This document shows, one piece after another, positions 28,099 to 37,194 of a DNA stretch of 64,000 nucleotides (positions within the stretch are counted from its first letter, which is position 1; every line of letters begins with the position of its first letter). The stretch is from positions 1 to 64,000 of the forward strand of contig CAWAAX010000004.1 of assembly GCA_963780225.1 (NCBI GenBank), in the 5' to 3' direction. The translations under genes and the position numbers were made by a program. The stretch comes from an uncultured bacterium (lineage in GTDB: Bacteria; Edwardsbacteria; AC1; EtOH8). The notes under the pieces were generated by a model. The model was not told where the DNA came from and did not search any database. It saw only the letters and a program-made list of their open reading frames with translations.

Positions 28099-29916
28099 TT
28101 AAACAATGGGTTTTGCGCCATTTCCATTCCCGTTCTCCTGCAGTTTCTCCTTCTCCCGCAGGGTCACATAATAACCGTCCTTGGCCAGCAGTTCCAAGTG
28201 GCTGCCCTGTTCCACGATCTTTCCGTCTTTCAGCACCAGTATCTGGTCGGCCCGTTCGATGGTGGAGGTCCGGTGGGAGATGATGAAGCAGGTGACGCCG
28301 GGGAGCTTCTGGTTCAGCTCCTGCCAGACCAGGGCCTCGGTGGTGGCGTCCAGGGCCGAGGTGATGTCGTCCAAAATAAGTATCTTGGGATGCCCCAGGG
28401 CGATCCGTTCCACGATGGCCCGGGCCAGGGAGGCCCGCTGTTTTTGGCCGCCGGAGAGGCTGGTGCCGCGCTGGCCGATCAGGGTATCGTAGCCGTTGGC
28501 GAAGCCTTTGACCTCCTTCTCCAGCTGGGAGATGCGCCCGGCTTCGACCGCCCGGTCCTGGTCCACGTTGTCCCGGTGGAAGATGACGTTGTTCAAAATG
28601 CTTTCGGAGAACAGCAGGGCCTCCTGCGGGGCGTAGCCGATGATGCTCCGAAGTTCTGCCAGCTTGAATTCCCGGATGTCGACGCCGTCGATCTTGACCG
28701 TGCCGGAGGCCGGGTCGTGCAGGCGGAGCAGCATATGGACCAGGGTGGTCTTGCCGCAGCCCACCTCGCCCATCAGGGCTATCTTCTCCCCCCGGGCCAC
28801 CCGGAAGCTGACATCCCGCAGCTGGTATTTGTCGTTCTTTCCGTAGCTGAAGGACACCTGCTCAAAATCCAGGGAGCGTTCAAAGGATATGCTCCTTGGT
28901 TCTGACGGATCGCCGACCTCGGGCAAAGCTGTCTCCAGCTCCCGGACCCGGGCGTAGGAGACCGCGGCCCGCTTGCCGGAGAGGAAGAAGTTGCCCATGT
29001 TCCACAAAGGCTCGATCATCATCAGGCTGTAGGTGTTGAAGGCCACGAAGCTTCCCAGGGTCAGGCGCCCTTTGATCACCAGATACCCCCCGACCAGCAG
29101 CACTACCAGCACCCCCAGCTGGTCGACCAGGATATTGGAGGAATTGAAGAGCCCTTCGGACTGGATGGTCTTGACCTCGGCCTTTATCCGGCGGTCCATG
29201 GCCCGGGCAAAGCCCTGCCGCTGATGTTCCTGCCGGTTGTAGACCTTGAGCACCCTGATGCCGGAGAAGCAGGCCTCCAGGAAATCATTGACCGCCGAGA
29301 TGGCGTTCTGCAGTTTGAGGAAGCGCCGTTCGAAGGTCTTTTCGTTGTACAGGAACAGCCAGGCCACAACCGGCACCGGCAGCAGGGCAAAGGCCGCCAG
29401 GGTGGAGTTCATCCGGAACATCACGATCAGGATGAAGCTGAACAAGGCCAGCCCCTGCACCGCCCGGAACAAACCGGAGCAGGTGAACCAGGAGAACTTT
29501 TCGGCCAGGTCGTCGGTCAGCCGGGTGACCACGTCCCCGGTCCGGTGGCCGGACAGGGTGGAGGGCCCCAGCCTGGTGAGGTTGGCAAATATCCTGTTCC
29601 TCAGCTCGGCCTCGATGTTCATGTTGGTCCAGCCCCGGGTGGACATCAGCACCCAGTTGACGATGGCCGCCCCGGTTCCCAGCAGCAAAAGGAACAGCAC
29701 GTTGCGGTTCAGCTGCTGCAGGGGAAGCTGGCTGAGCAGGCCGTCCACCACCAGCTTGAAGAAGACGGGATAGCTGATGGCCAGTGCGGTATGAAGCATG
29801 GTCATCACCAGCAGCAGCAGCAGCTTGAGTTTGTGAGCACCCCAGTAGCGGTAAAGCCATCCAAAGATCAGCTTCAGGCTGCCGGAGTCCTTTTTGTTTT
29901 CTATCTTGTCTGACAT
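28099..29916 (-). CDS. ABC exporter half-transporter (TMD+NBD), heterodimer subunit
   Basis: Transmembrane helices, GEVGCGKTT, LSGGQKQR, degenerate Walker B ILDD. Confidence 0.93.
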   Translation of the reverse strand: MSDKIENKKDSGSLKLIFGWLYRYWGAHKLKLLLLLVMTMLHTALAISYPVFFKLVVDGLLSQLPLQQLNRNVLFLLLLGTGAAIVNWVLMSTRGWTNMNIEAELRNRIFANLTRLGPSTLSGHRTGDVVTRLTDDLAEKFSWFTCSGLFRAVQGLALFSFILIVMFRMNSTLAAFALLPVPVVAWLFLYNEKTFERRFLKLQNAISAVNDFLEACFSGIRVLKVYNRQEHQRQGFARAMDRRIKAEVKTIQSEGLFNSSNILVDQLGVLVVLLVGGYLVIKGRLTLGSFVAFNTYSLMMIEPLWNMGNFFLSGKRAAVSYARVRELETALPEVGDPSEPRSISFERSLDFEQVSFSYGKNDKYQLRDVSFRVARGEKIALMGEVGCGKTTLVHMLLRLHDPASGTVKIDGVDIREFKLAELRSIIGYAPQEALLFSESILNNVIFHRDNVDQDRAVEAGRISQLEKEVKGFANGYDTLIGQRGTSLSGGQKQRASLARAIVERIALGHPKILILDDITSALDATTEALVWQELNQKLPGVTCFIISHRTSTIERADQILVLKDGKIVEQGSHLELLAKDGYYVTLREKEKLQENGNGNGAKPIV

Positions 29917-30044
29917 ATGGTCCTAATACATTTTTTGTTGTTGAATAGCGAAGTTGTGTCATTCCCGCCGCATCTTTCAATGGGATAATCCGAATAGGCG
30001 GCCCGGCGGTAATCCAGATTTTTATTAGCGATACCATGAATGAT

Positions 30045-30141
30045 ATCGCTGGTTTTCATCAAGGCTTGCCAATGCAAGCCTTCTTTTTTAGGCCGCACCA
30101 GCGGCCTTGATGATACCCAGCGATAGGTTTCAACCTATCGC
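30045..30141. repeat. REP-like palindromic cluster between the ABC subunit genes
   Basis: atcgctgg..tcatcaaggc / gccttgatga..ccagcgat inverted repeat plus gcgataggtttcaacctatcgc hairpin. Confidence 0.55.
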
Positions 30142-30175
30142 AATATAAAGATTAGCTAATGATCAATATTGATCA

Positions 30176-31969
30176 TCAGGCAAACTGTATCCGGTACAGC
30201 TTGGCATAATAACCGTTCTTTTCCAATAATTCCTGATGCCTGCCGGATTCCACGATCCGGCCCTTGTGGATCACCATTATCTTGTCGGCGTCCAGAATGG
30301 TGGACAGCCGGTGGGCCACGATCACCGCGGTCCGGCCCTCCAGCAGGCGCTTGATGCCTTCCTGGATCAGCCTCTCCGACATCGGGTCCACCGAGGAGGT
30401 GGCCTCGTCCAATATCAGGATCTGGGGATCGAAGGCCAGGGCCCGGGCAAAGGAGACCAGCTGCCGCTCTCCCTGGGAGAGGTTGGCGCCCCGCTCGGCC
30501 AGCTCCGACTCCAAACCATTGGGCATTTTGTCCAGCATCCTTTTCAGCCCCAGGATCTCCACCGCCCGGTCCAGTTGTTCCCGGCTCATCTCCGATCCCA
30601 GGGTCAGGTTCTCCTTCACCGTCCCGGGGAAGAGGAAGACGTCCTGGAGCACCAGGCCGAAATGGCGGCGCAGTTTGTCCACCGGTATCTTCCGGACATC
30701 GGTCCCGTCAATGGTGATGCAGCCCGACTGGGGGTCGTAGAACCTGAGCATCAGGTTGATGATGGAGCTTTTGCCGCCTCCGGTGGCGCCCACCAGCGCT
30801 ATCTTCTGCCCCTTGTTGATGGTGAAATTGATGTCGCGCAGCACCCAGTCCGGCTCGTCGTTCCCGGCCCGGGTCAGGTAGGAGAAGTTCACATCCTTGA
30901 ATTCAATGGAATCGTTGAACCGGGTCCATCCGCAGTCACCGGCGGCGTTGACCACCAGGGGCTGGAGGTCCATGATCTCAAAGACCCGCTGGGCGCCGGC
31001 AAAGGCCCGCTGCATGACGCCCACCTGCTCCGAGAAGGCGTAGACCGGCATGAAGAACTGGCGAAGATAACCCAGGAACAGCACCATGGCCCCGATGGTC
31101 AAAAGTCCCTTGGCCACCATGTTGCCGCCCACCAAAAGGATGATGGCCAGTCCCATTATCTCAAAAACTCCCACCAGGCTAAAGAAGCCCATGGTCATTA
31201 TATCGGCCGGGAGCAGGGTCCTGAGATACGAGCGGTTGAGCTTGGCCATCTTCTGTTTGACCGCCTCCTCGCGGGAAAAGGCCTGGATCACCTTCATCCC
31301 CTGGACCATCTCGGTGAGGTAGGCCACGATCTCGGCGTACTTTTTGCGGACCACCAGGAACATCGGCCTGACCTTCTTCTGGAACAGGACGGTCAACAGC
31401 ACTATCACCGGGATCAAAGTGGAGACCGCCAGGAACAGCCGGGGGCTGACCCGGATCATGATGAATATCATGCCGCCCAGGCTGACCACCGCCCCCAGCA
31501 CCGTGAACATGGTGGAGGTGAACAGCCGCCGGATGGCCTCGGTGTCGCTTTCCACCCGGGCGATCAGCCGTCCCACCGGGTGCTGGTCAAAATAGGAGAT
31601 GTCCAGCCCCAGCATGTGCCCGAACAGCTGCTCCTTTAGGGCCGACACTATCTTTACCCCCAGCGATTCCAGCAGCACCAGCATCAGGTAATTGACCCCA
31701 AAGGTGGCCAGTTGGAGCAGGACATATAGTCCCACCGTCAGCAGAAGCCCTTTGAAATCGCTGCCGGCGATGTTGACGTCTATGGCCCGCTTCAACAGCA
31801 GGGGAGGCAGCAATCCCAGGGCCGAGGAGATGGTCAGTATCAACCCGCCGCCGAGGACCCTCATTTTGAAGGGCTTAAGCAGGGGAAGCATCCGTTTCAA
31901 GAGCTGCCGGTCGTAGATCTTCTTGGACGGCAGGTCTTCAATATTTTCGTCGCTTTCATCGAACCACAT
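30176..31969 (-). CDS. ABC exporter half-transporter (TMD+NBD), heterodimer subunit
   Basis: GATGGGKSS, LSQGERQL, ILDEATSS, AHRLST. Confidence 0.93.
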   Translation of the reverse strand: MWFDESDENIEDLPSKKIYDRQLLKRMLPLLKPFKMRVLGGGLILTISSALGLLPPLLLKRAIDVNIAGSDFKGLLLTVGLYVLLQLATFGVNYLMLVLLESLGVKIVSALKEQLFGHMLGLDISYFDQHPVGRLIARVESDTEAIRRLFTSTMFTVLGAVVSLGGMIFIMIRVSPRLFLAVSTLIPVIVLLTVLFQKKVRPMFLVVRKKYAEIVAYLTEMVQGMKVIQAFSREEAVKQKMAKLNRSYLRTLLPADIMTMGFFSLVGVFEIMGLAIILLVGGNMVAKGLLTIGAMVLFLGYLRQFFMPVYAFSEQVGVMQRAFAGAQRVFEIMDLQPLVVNAAGDCGWTRFNDSIEFKDVNFSYLTRAGNDEPDWVLRDINFTINKGQKIALVGATGGGKSSIINLMLRFYDPQSGCITIDGTDVRKIPVDKLRRHFGLVLQDVFLFPGTVKENLTLGSEMSREQLDRAVEILGLKRMLDKMPNGLESELAERGANLSQGERQLVSFARALAFDPQILILDEATSSVDPMSERLIQEGIKRLLEGRTAVIVAHRLSTILDADKIMVIHKGRIVESGRHQELLEKNGYYAKLYRIQFA

Positions 31970-32018
31970 AAGATAATTCCAATAATTTCATTTTAAATTT
32001 AAAATAGCGGGGGAATGG

Positions 32019-33125
32019 TCATTCCTCATCCAACATTTCCCTCCGCTGCCCGCTCCGCACTTTTTTCTGGGAGCTCCGGTGTTCCGTGATCTTGTTTTTC
32101 ATGGCCTGCTTTTTTTGATGGGCCGCCAGTTCCCGGTGCATCTTCTGGTAATTCTTGAAACGGGAGGGCTCCAGCCCGCCGCTTTCCATGGCCTCTTTCA
32201 CGGCGCAGCCCGGCTCCCCGTCATGGCGGCAGTCCTTGAAGCGGCAGGCGCTGGCCAGTTCCTCGATGTCGTCAAAGGTCTGGGCCAGGCCGTCGCCCCC
32301 GTCCCACAGCTGCATTTCCCTTAGGCCCGGGGTGTCTATCACCATCCTCTTGTTGGGCAGCAAAAACAGGTTGCGGCTGCTGGTGATATGCCGGCCCTTG
32401 TCCTTGTATTCCGACAGCTCCCCGGTGGCCAGGGAATCGGTCCCGGTCAGCCGGTTGACGATGGTGGATTTCCCCACCCCCGAACTGCCGACGAAGACGC
32501 AGGTCTTGCCTACAGGCAGAAATTCCCAAAGCCTTTCCAGCCCCTGGTCCAGGGCGGCGCTGGCCACCACCACCGGGATCTCCCGGGCCGCCCGTTCCGC
32601 TTCCTTCTGTTTTACCGCCGGATCCAAGCAGAGGTCCGACTTGTTCAGCACTATCACCGGGCTGGCCCCGCAGTTCCGGGCCGCCACCAGATACCGCTCC
32701 AGCCGGCTGAAATTAAGCTCGTCGTTAAGAGCCCCCACGATGAACACGGTGTCGATGTTGGCGGCCATGGTCTGCTGGTCGGTCAAGGCTCCGGCCCGGT
32801 TGCGGGTCAGGCAGTTCTTCCTGGGCAAAATGGCCTTGATGGTCCCGCTCCGGTTGGCCGGGTCGTGGTCAAAGGCCACCCAGTCGCCCACCGCCGGGAT
32901 CCCGGTAAGCCATTCTTCCGGCAGTCCTTCGGTCAGTATCCCGTCCCGCAGTTTCCCCGAGACCGCCAGTTCCAGCTCGCCCAGTTCCGTTAAGACCCTT
33001 ACCAGGCTTAAATGGACGGCCGCCACCCGGCCGGGCAGGATGTTCTTATTCTCAGGCAGGGCGGCGACCAGCAAGCGGAAATTCTGTTCGAAATGATCAT
33101 CCCAGCCTAGGATTGAAAGGTCCAT
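32019..33125 (-). CDS. rsgA: Ribosome small subunit-dependent GTPase A
   Basis: AVGDWV, AANID, NKSD, GSSGVGKST, DTPGLRE, CRFKDCRHDGEPGC zinc finger. Confidence 0.95.
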   Translation of the reverse strand: MDLSILGWDDHFEQNFRLLVAALPENKNILPGRVAAVHLSLVRVLTELGELELAVSGKLRDGILTEGLPEEWLTGIPAVGDWVAFDHDPANRSGTIKAILPRKNCLTRNRAGALTDQQTMAANIDTVFIVGALNDELNFSRLERYLVAARNCGASPVIVLNKSDLCLDPAVKQKEAERAAREIPVVVASAALDQGLERLWEFLPVGKTCVFVGSSGVGKSTIVNRLTGTDSLATGELSEYKDKGRHITSSRNLFLLPNKRMVIDTPGLREMQLWDGGDGLAQTFDDIEELASACRFKDCRHDGEPGCAVKEAMESGGLEPSRFKNYQKMHRELAAHQKKQAMKNKITEHRSSQKKVRSGQRREMLDEE

Positions 33126-33149
33126 TATTTACCTCAATGTCTCTGTTTT

Positions 33150-33281
33150 TTAGTTGATGATGGGTTTTCCGCTGATGGTCCTAAGATCCGGCAACGAGAT
33201 GCTCTTTATGATCTGATCCAATTCATGCAATTCGCAGAGTTTTGGGTCATCTTTTAAACAGCGTTCCAGTATCTTCAGCAT
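33150..33281 (-). CDS. Small hypothetical protein (43 aa) heading the rsgA operon
   Basis: GGGAGGA RBS 4 nt before ATG; MLKILERCLKDDPKLCELHELDQIIKSISLPDLRTISGKPIIN. Confidence 0.6.
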   Translation of the reverse strand: MLKILERCLKDDPKLCELHELDQIIKSISLPDLRTISGKPIIN

Positions 33282-33351
33282 ATTGTCCTCCCTTCGGTGT
33301 CGTGGCTGATCTCGCTTTGAACCGCCTCTGCGGGTTGGGGAGATGACGGGC

Positions 33352-33392
33352 AAATAAAAAAGCCACAGGTTAAAAATTTTCCTGCGGCTTTT
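33352..33392 (-). terminator. Attenuator terminator 2
   Basis: Minus strand aaaagccgcagg-loop-cctgtggc followed by TTTTTT. Confidence 0.7.
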
Positions 33393-33424
33393 CGTCCGGC
33401 CTCAGAGCCAGGGCGAAGAATGGT

Positions 33425-33466
33425 AAAAGAAAAAAGGCCGCAGGTTTTGCGCAAACCCAAGGCCTT
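33425..33466 (-). terminator. Attenuator terminator 1
   Basis: Minus strand aaggccttgggttt-gcgc-aaaacctgcggcc followed by TTTTTTCTTTT. Confidence 0.65.
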
Positions 33467-33486
33467 GTAAAGAAGATCAATTCAAC

Positions 33487-33570
33487 TCAACTGTGGCATG
33501 GGGGCGCAATTATCCCAGGGAAACTATCCATGGGAAGCAGATTCGCGATTATGTCAGTATAATTAATCAT
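33487..33570 (-). CDS. Putative leader peptide MINYTDIIANLLPMDSFPGIIAPPCHS
   Basis: AAGGGGTG RBS; lies between the promoter and the tandem terminators. Confidence 0.55.
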   Translation of the reverse strand: MINYTDIIANLLPMDSFPGIIAPPCHS

Positions 33571-33625
33571 TTTTGCGCACCCCTTTGGGTACCCTTAAAA
33601 AGTTAAGATTTAAAGTTAATGACAT

Positions 33626-33655
33626 ATTTTATAATAAAAATGATTATCTTGTCAA
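33626..33655 (-). promoter_or_regulatory. Sigma70-type promoter of the leader/rsgA operon
   Basis: TTGACA with TATAAA or TAAAAT at 16-18 nt spacing on the minus strand. Confidence 0.6.
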
Positions 33656-33754
33656 GTTATTTTTTCAATAAGCAGTGTTTTTTTTAATCTTTTAATAATT
33701 CAGGCGCCACCGGCGCCCCGTTATACTTTTTCCGAATGTTTCCGGCTTCTTTTC

Positions 33755-33783
33755 TTGACATCATTAAACGCCCTTGCTATAAT
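33755..33783 (+). promoter_or_regulatory. Consensus sigma70 promoter
   Basis: TTGACA-17-TATAAT with extended TG. Confidence 0.8.
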
Positions 33784-33835
33784 GATATTCAGGATTATCA
33801 TTACTAGTTTACGGGTTAATTCAGACAAATTTAAA

Positions 33836-34786
33836 ATGAGCGACAAAAAACCAAACATCCTGGATTATTTCTTCGTCCTGCGGCCCATCCTTTTGGTGCC
33901 GGCCTGGACCATGCTGCTGGCGGGATTTTACCAGGCCCAGCGCCAGGCGGGAGTTCCCGCCAAGCCGCTCTGGCTGCTGCCGGGAAAGCTGTGGCTGGCC
34001 CTGGCCCTGTACAGCGGGCTGATGGGCGCGGTCTACATCGTCAACCAGATCTTTGACATCGAGACCGACCGGATCAACAAGAAACTGTTCCTGGTGGCCG
34101 AGGGCTATGTCAGCAAGTCCGGCATCTGGGCGGAAGCGGGGATACTGATGGTGCTGGCCCTGGCCCTGGCCGTCTATTATTTCAGCCGGACCTTCGCGGT
34201 GATCATTCTGGCCTCGGGGATCCTGGGTCTGCTGTACTCGGTTCCGCCGTTCAAGTTCAAGGCCAAACCATTCCTGGACATGGCGGCCAACGGCTTCGGC
34301 TACGGCGGGCTGGCCTTTGCCGCGGGCTGGCTGGTCTCCGGTCAGTACAGTGAAAAAATATGGCTGGCGGCGGCGCCCTACATGCTGGCGGTGGCGGCGG
34401 TCTATGTCAACACCACCATTCCCGATTACCATTCGGACAAGGCCACCGGCAACATCACTACCGGGGTCTTTCTGGGCGGAACGGTCACCATCGGGCTGGG
34501 GCTGGCCCTGATGGCCGGTTCGGCGGGACTGGCTTATTACCTGAACGACAGGCTGTGCCTGATCGCCGCCGTCTGCGCCCTGCCGTTGTTTCTGATAGCG
34601 GTGATCACCGGAAAGATGCGCTGGACTATGATGTCTTACCAGGGCGGCTCGCTGGTGCTGGTGCTGCTGGTGGGAATGATGCACCCGGTTTTCTTTTTAC
34701 TGCTATTGGGCACCTACCTGGCGCTGAAGATCTATCATAAAAAACGGTTCAACATGGACTACCCGAAGTTCGCGGACCGGGGGTAA
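33836..34786 (+). CDS. UbiA-family prenyltransferase
   Basis: NQIFDIETDRINK, YSVPPFKFK, NTTIPDYHSDKATG; multiple transmembrane helices. Confidence 0.88.
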   Translation: MSDKKPNILDYFFVLRPILLVPAWTMLLAGFYQAQRQAGVPAKPLWLLPGKLWLALALYSGLMGAVYIVNQIFDIETDRINKKLFLVAEGYVSKSGIWAEAGILMVLALALAVYYFSRTFAVIILASGILGLLYSVPPFKFKAKPFLDMAANGFGYGGLAFAAGWLVSGQYSEKIWLAAAPYMLAVAAVYVNTTIPDYHSDKATGNITTGVFLGGTVTIGLGLALMAGSAGLAYYLNDRLCLIAAVCALPLFLIAVITGKMRWTMMSYQGGSLVLVLLVGMMHPVFFLLLLGTYLALKIYHKKRFNMDYPKFADRG

Positions 34787-34859
34787 CCTTGCCACCAAGA
34801 CACCAAGGCACAAATATATTTCAGCTATGGGGTTTATTCAGTAAAAACGGAGAGGCGGT

Positions 34860-35696
34860 ATGAGTACCAGACGATCCATCATTGCCGGGAGCTGGTATCC
34901 GGGCGAGGCGGCCAAGCTGAAGGCCGAGGTCGAAAAGTACCTGGCGGCGGCCAAGGCATATCCCACAGATTCCGAGCTGCTGGGGATAGTGTCCCCCCAC
35001 GCGGGATTGATATACTCCGGTCCGGTGGCGGCTTTCGCCTACAAGAATCTCAAAGGCCTGGAAATAAAGACCGTTGTGATGGTCGGCCCCAGCCACCGCG
35101 CTTATTTCGAGGGCGCCGCGGTCTACGCCTCCGGCGAATGGGAGACCCCGCTGGGCAAAGTGGAGATCGACTCTGAACTCTGCCAGAGGATCATCAGCCA
35201 GGACCAGACCCACATCACCGATCTGCCGGCAGCCCACGCCCAGGAGCACTCGCTGGAGATCCAGATGCCTTTCCTGCAGACGGTATTGGATCCCGGTTTT
35301 AAGATCGTTCCCATCATGGTGTCCAACCATTCGCTGGCTTCTTGCGAGAGGCTGGCCCATTCCATAGTCCATGCGCTCAATGGAAACTGTGAAGGGATCC
35401 TGCTCTTGGCCTCCAGCGACCTGTCCCACTTTCACTCACAGGCCGAAGCCAAGAAGCTGGACCAGAAGGTGGTCAAGGGCATCGAGAACTACGATCCCGA
35501 AAAACTGGCCGGGGAGCTGGCCTTCGAGAAATGCGAGGCCTGCGGGGGCGGGCCGATAGTGACCGTGATGATCGCCTGCAAACTGCTGGGGGCGGATCAG
35601 GGCGTGGTCTACGACTACCGGACTTCGGGAGATGTAACGGGCGAGAAGGAGCAGGTGGTGGGGTATCTGGCCGCGGGACTTTATAAAACAAAATAA
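34860..35696 (+). CDS. amrB: AmmeMemoRadiSam system protein B (MEMO1-like)
   Basis: AGSWYP, PHAGLIYSG, GPSH, EHSLEIQMPFLQ, SSDLSH, ACG, VVGY. Confidence 0.92.
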   Translation: MSTRRSIIAGSWYPGEAAKLKAEVEKYLAAAKAYPTDSELLGIVSPHAGLIYSGPVAAFAYKNLKGLEIKTVVMVGPSHRAYFEGAAVYASGEWETPLGKVEIDSELCQRIISQDQTHITDLPAAHAQEHSLEIQMPFLQTVLDPGFKIVPIMVSNHSLASCERLAHSIVHALNGNCEGILLLASSDLSHFHSQAEAKKLDQKVVKGIENYDPEKLAGELAFEKCEACGGGPIVTVMIACKLLGADQGVVYDYRTSGDVTGEKEQVVGYLAAGLYKTK

Positions 35697-35754
35697 AAAA
35701 TCAGAAATCAAAAATAAAATACCCGGATCGCAGTTGACAGATTATTTAAGAGAC

Positions 35755-36312
35755 ATGTTAACCACAGAAGAAAAAAAAGAGCTTTTCCGGATAGCGCACC
35801 AGGCAATAGAGGCCGAGGTCAGGGGACTGCCCAAGCCGAAGTTCATTCCTCTGACTCCAAAACTTGCCGAACTGCGCGGGGTGTTCGTCACCTTAAAAGA
35901 ACAGGGGCAGCTGCGGGGATGCATCGGGTACATTGAGGGCATCAAGCCGCTGTATCTGGCTGTGGCCGAGATGGCGGTGGCCGCGGCGGTAGACGATCCG
36001 CGCTTTCCCGGGGTCACGGAAGCAGAACTGCCGCATTTGGAATACGAGATCTCGGTGCTGACGCCAAAAAGGCAGATAGATAAACCGGAGGAGTTCATTC
36101 CCGGACAGCATGGAATCATAGTCCAGCGGGGCGGGCGCTCCGGAGTGTTTTTGCCGCAGGTGGCGGCCGAGGAGGGCTGGAATCGGGAGGAAACCTTGAA
36201 TTACCTCTGCGCGCACAAGGCGGGCCTGCCGGCCGGGGCCTGGAGGGAGAAGGAGACGAAGTTGTTTGTGTTTGAGGCCGAGGTGATAGAAGAAAAAGAT
36301 CTGAAACAATAA
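35755..36312 (+). CDS. amrA: AmmeMemoRadiSam system protein A (AMMECR1-like)
   Basis: GVFVTL, LRGCIG, DPRF, EISVLT, FLPQVA, KAGL. Confidence 0.92.
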   Translation: MLTTEEKKELFRIAHQAIEAEVRGLPKPKFIPLTPKLAELRGVFVTLKEQGQLRGCIGYIEGIKPLYLAVAEMAVAAAVDDPRFPGVTEAELPHLEYEISVLTPKRQIDKPEEFIPGQHGIIVQRGGRSGVFLPQVAAEEGWNREETLNYLCAHKAGLPAGAWREKETKLFVFEAEVIEEKDLKQ

Positions 36313-36313
36313 C

Positions 36314-36865
36314 ATGTTGAATCACCGTCGATCCATTCGCCTACCGGAATATGATTATTCGCAGGAAGGGGCATATTACGTTACAATTTGCGTCCGTGAC
36401 CGCAAATGTTTGTTTGGCGAAATAACCAATGGGCAAATGATATTAAACCCATACGGAGAAATTGCTCGTAACGAATGGATTAAAACCGGTGAATTACGGC
36501 CATATGTCATGCCGGACGAATTTGTGGTTATGCCAAATCATATTCATGGGGTATTGATTATAATTGATGATGACCATTGTAGGGGCACGATGCATCGTGC
36601 CCCTACGGGTACGACCGAACGTTTTGGTAAACCCGTCACCGGATCATTGCCAACCATCATCCGTTGTTACACGGCGGCGGTGACCCGTCAAATAAATAAA
36701 TTGCGCAATACGCCGGGCCACAAAATATGGCAACGTAATTATTTTGAACATGTCATCCGAAATGATAAATCATATGATAGAATAAGACAATATATCATCG
36801 AAAATCCTTTATACTGGGCGCAGGATGACAAAAACCCTGACCGACCGACCATAAATAAAAAATGA
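36314..36865 (+). mobile_element. REP-associated tyrosine transposase (RAYT, IS200-like Y1 HUH)
   Basis: RRSIRLPEYDYSQEGAYYVTIC, MPNHIHG (HUH), WQRNYFEHVIR, YIIENP. Confidence 0.9.
36579..36606. repeat. Perfect 28-bp GTAG-type REP palindrome inside the RAYT gene
   Basis: gtaggggcacgatg|catcgtgcccctac. Confidence 0.9.
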
Positions 36866-36891
36866 AAAACGAAATCAAATAACGGACAAAT

Positions 36892-37194
36892 ATGCGCGAC
36901 AATCAAATAATCGAGACCATGACCGGGCTGGCCGAAAAGCTGGGCCTGTCCATCAAATTCGACGAGTTCGACGGCCGGGGAGGCTGGTGCAAACTCAAGG
37001 GCACCGAGAAGATCATCATCAACAAGCGGATGATGCCCAAGGAGCAGACCCGGATCCTGGCCCAGATCCTGGCCCGGTATCCCACCGAGGAGCTGGCCAT
37101 GCCGCCCCGGGTCCGCCAGCTGATAGACGACGCCAAGGAGGATTTGCCGGAAAAAGAGGAGCCGCAGACCGAACTGGAGGTCGGGGAAAAATGA
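36892..37194 (+). CDS. Hypothetical protein, IrrE/ImmA-like N-terminal pattern without HExxH
   Basis: LAEKLGLSI..GGWCKLKG..IIINKRM; overlaps the next gene by ATGA. Confidence 0.6.
   Translation: MRDNQIIETMTGLAEKLGLSIKFDEFDGRGGWCKLKGTEKIIINKRMMPKEQTRILAQILARYPTEELAMPPRVRQLIDDAKEDLPEKEEPQTELEVGEK

Noticed and set aside
30236..31639. Long antisense ORFs (also 39568-40776, 49767-51080, 57626-58810, 9732-10700)
   Set aside because: Shadow frames of high-GC3 genes on the opposite strand, with no recognisable motifs.
33290..33600. T-box or metabolite riboswitch
   Set aside because: No T-box consensus or known aptamer motif seen; the uORF plus terminator layout fits ribosome-mediated attenuation better.
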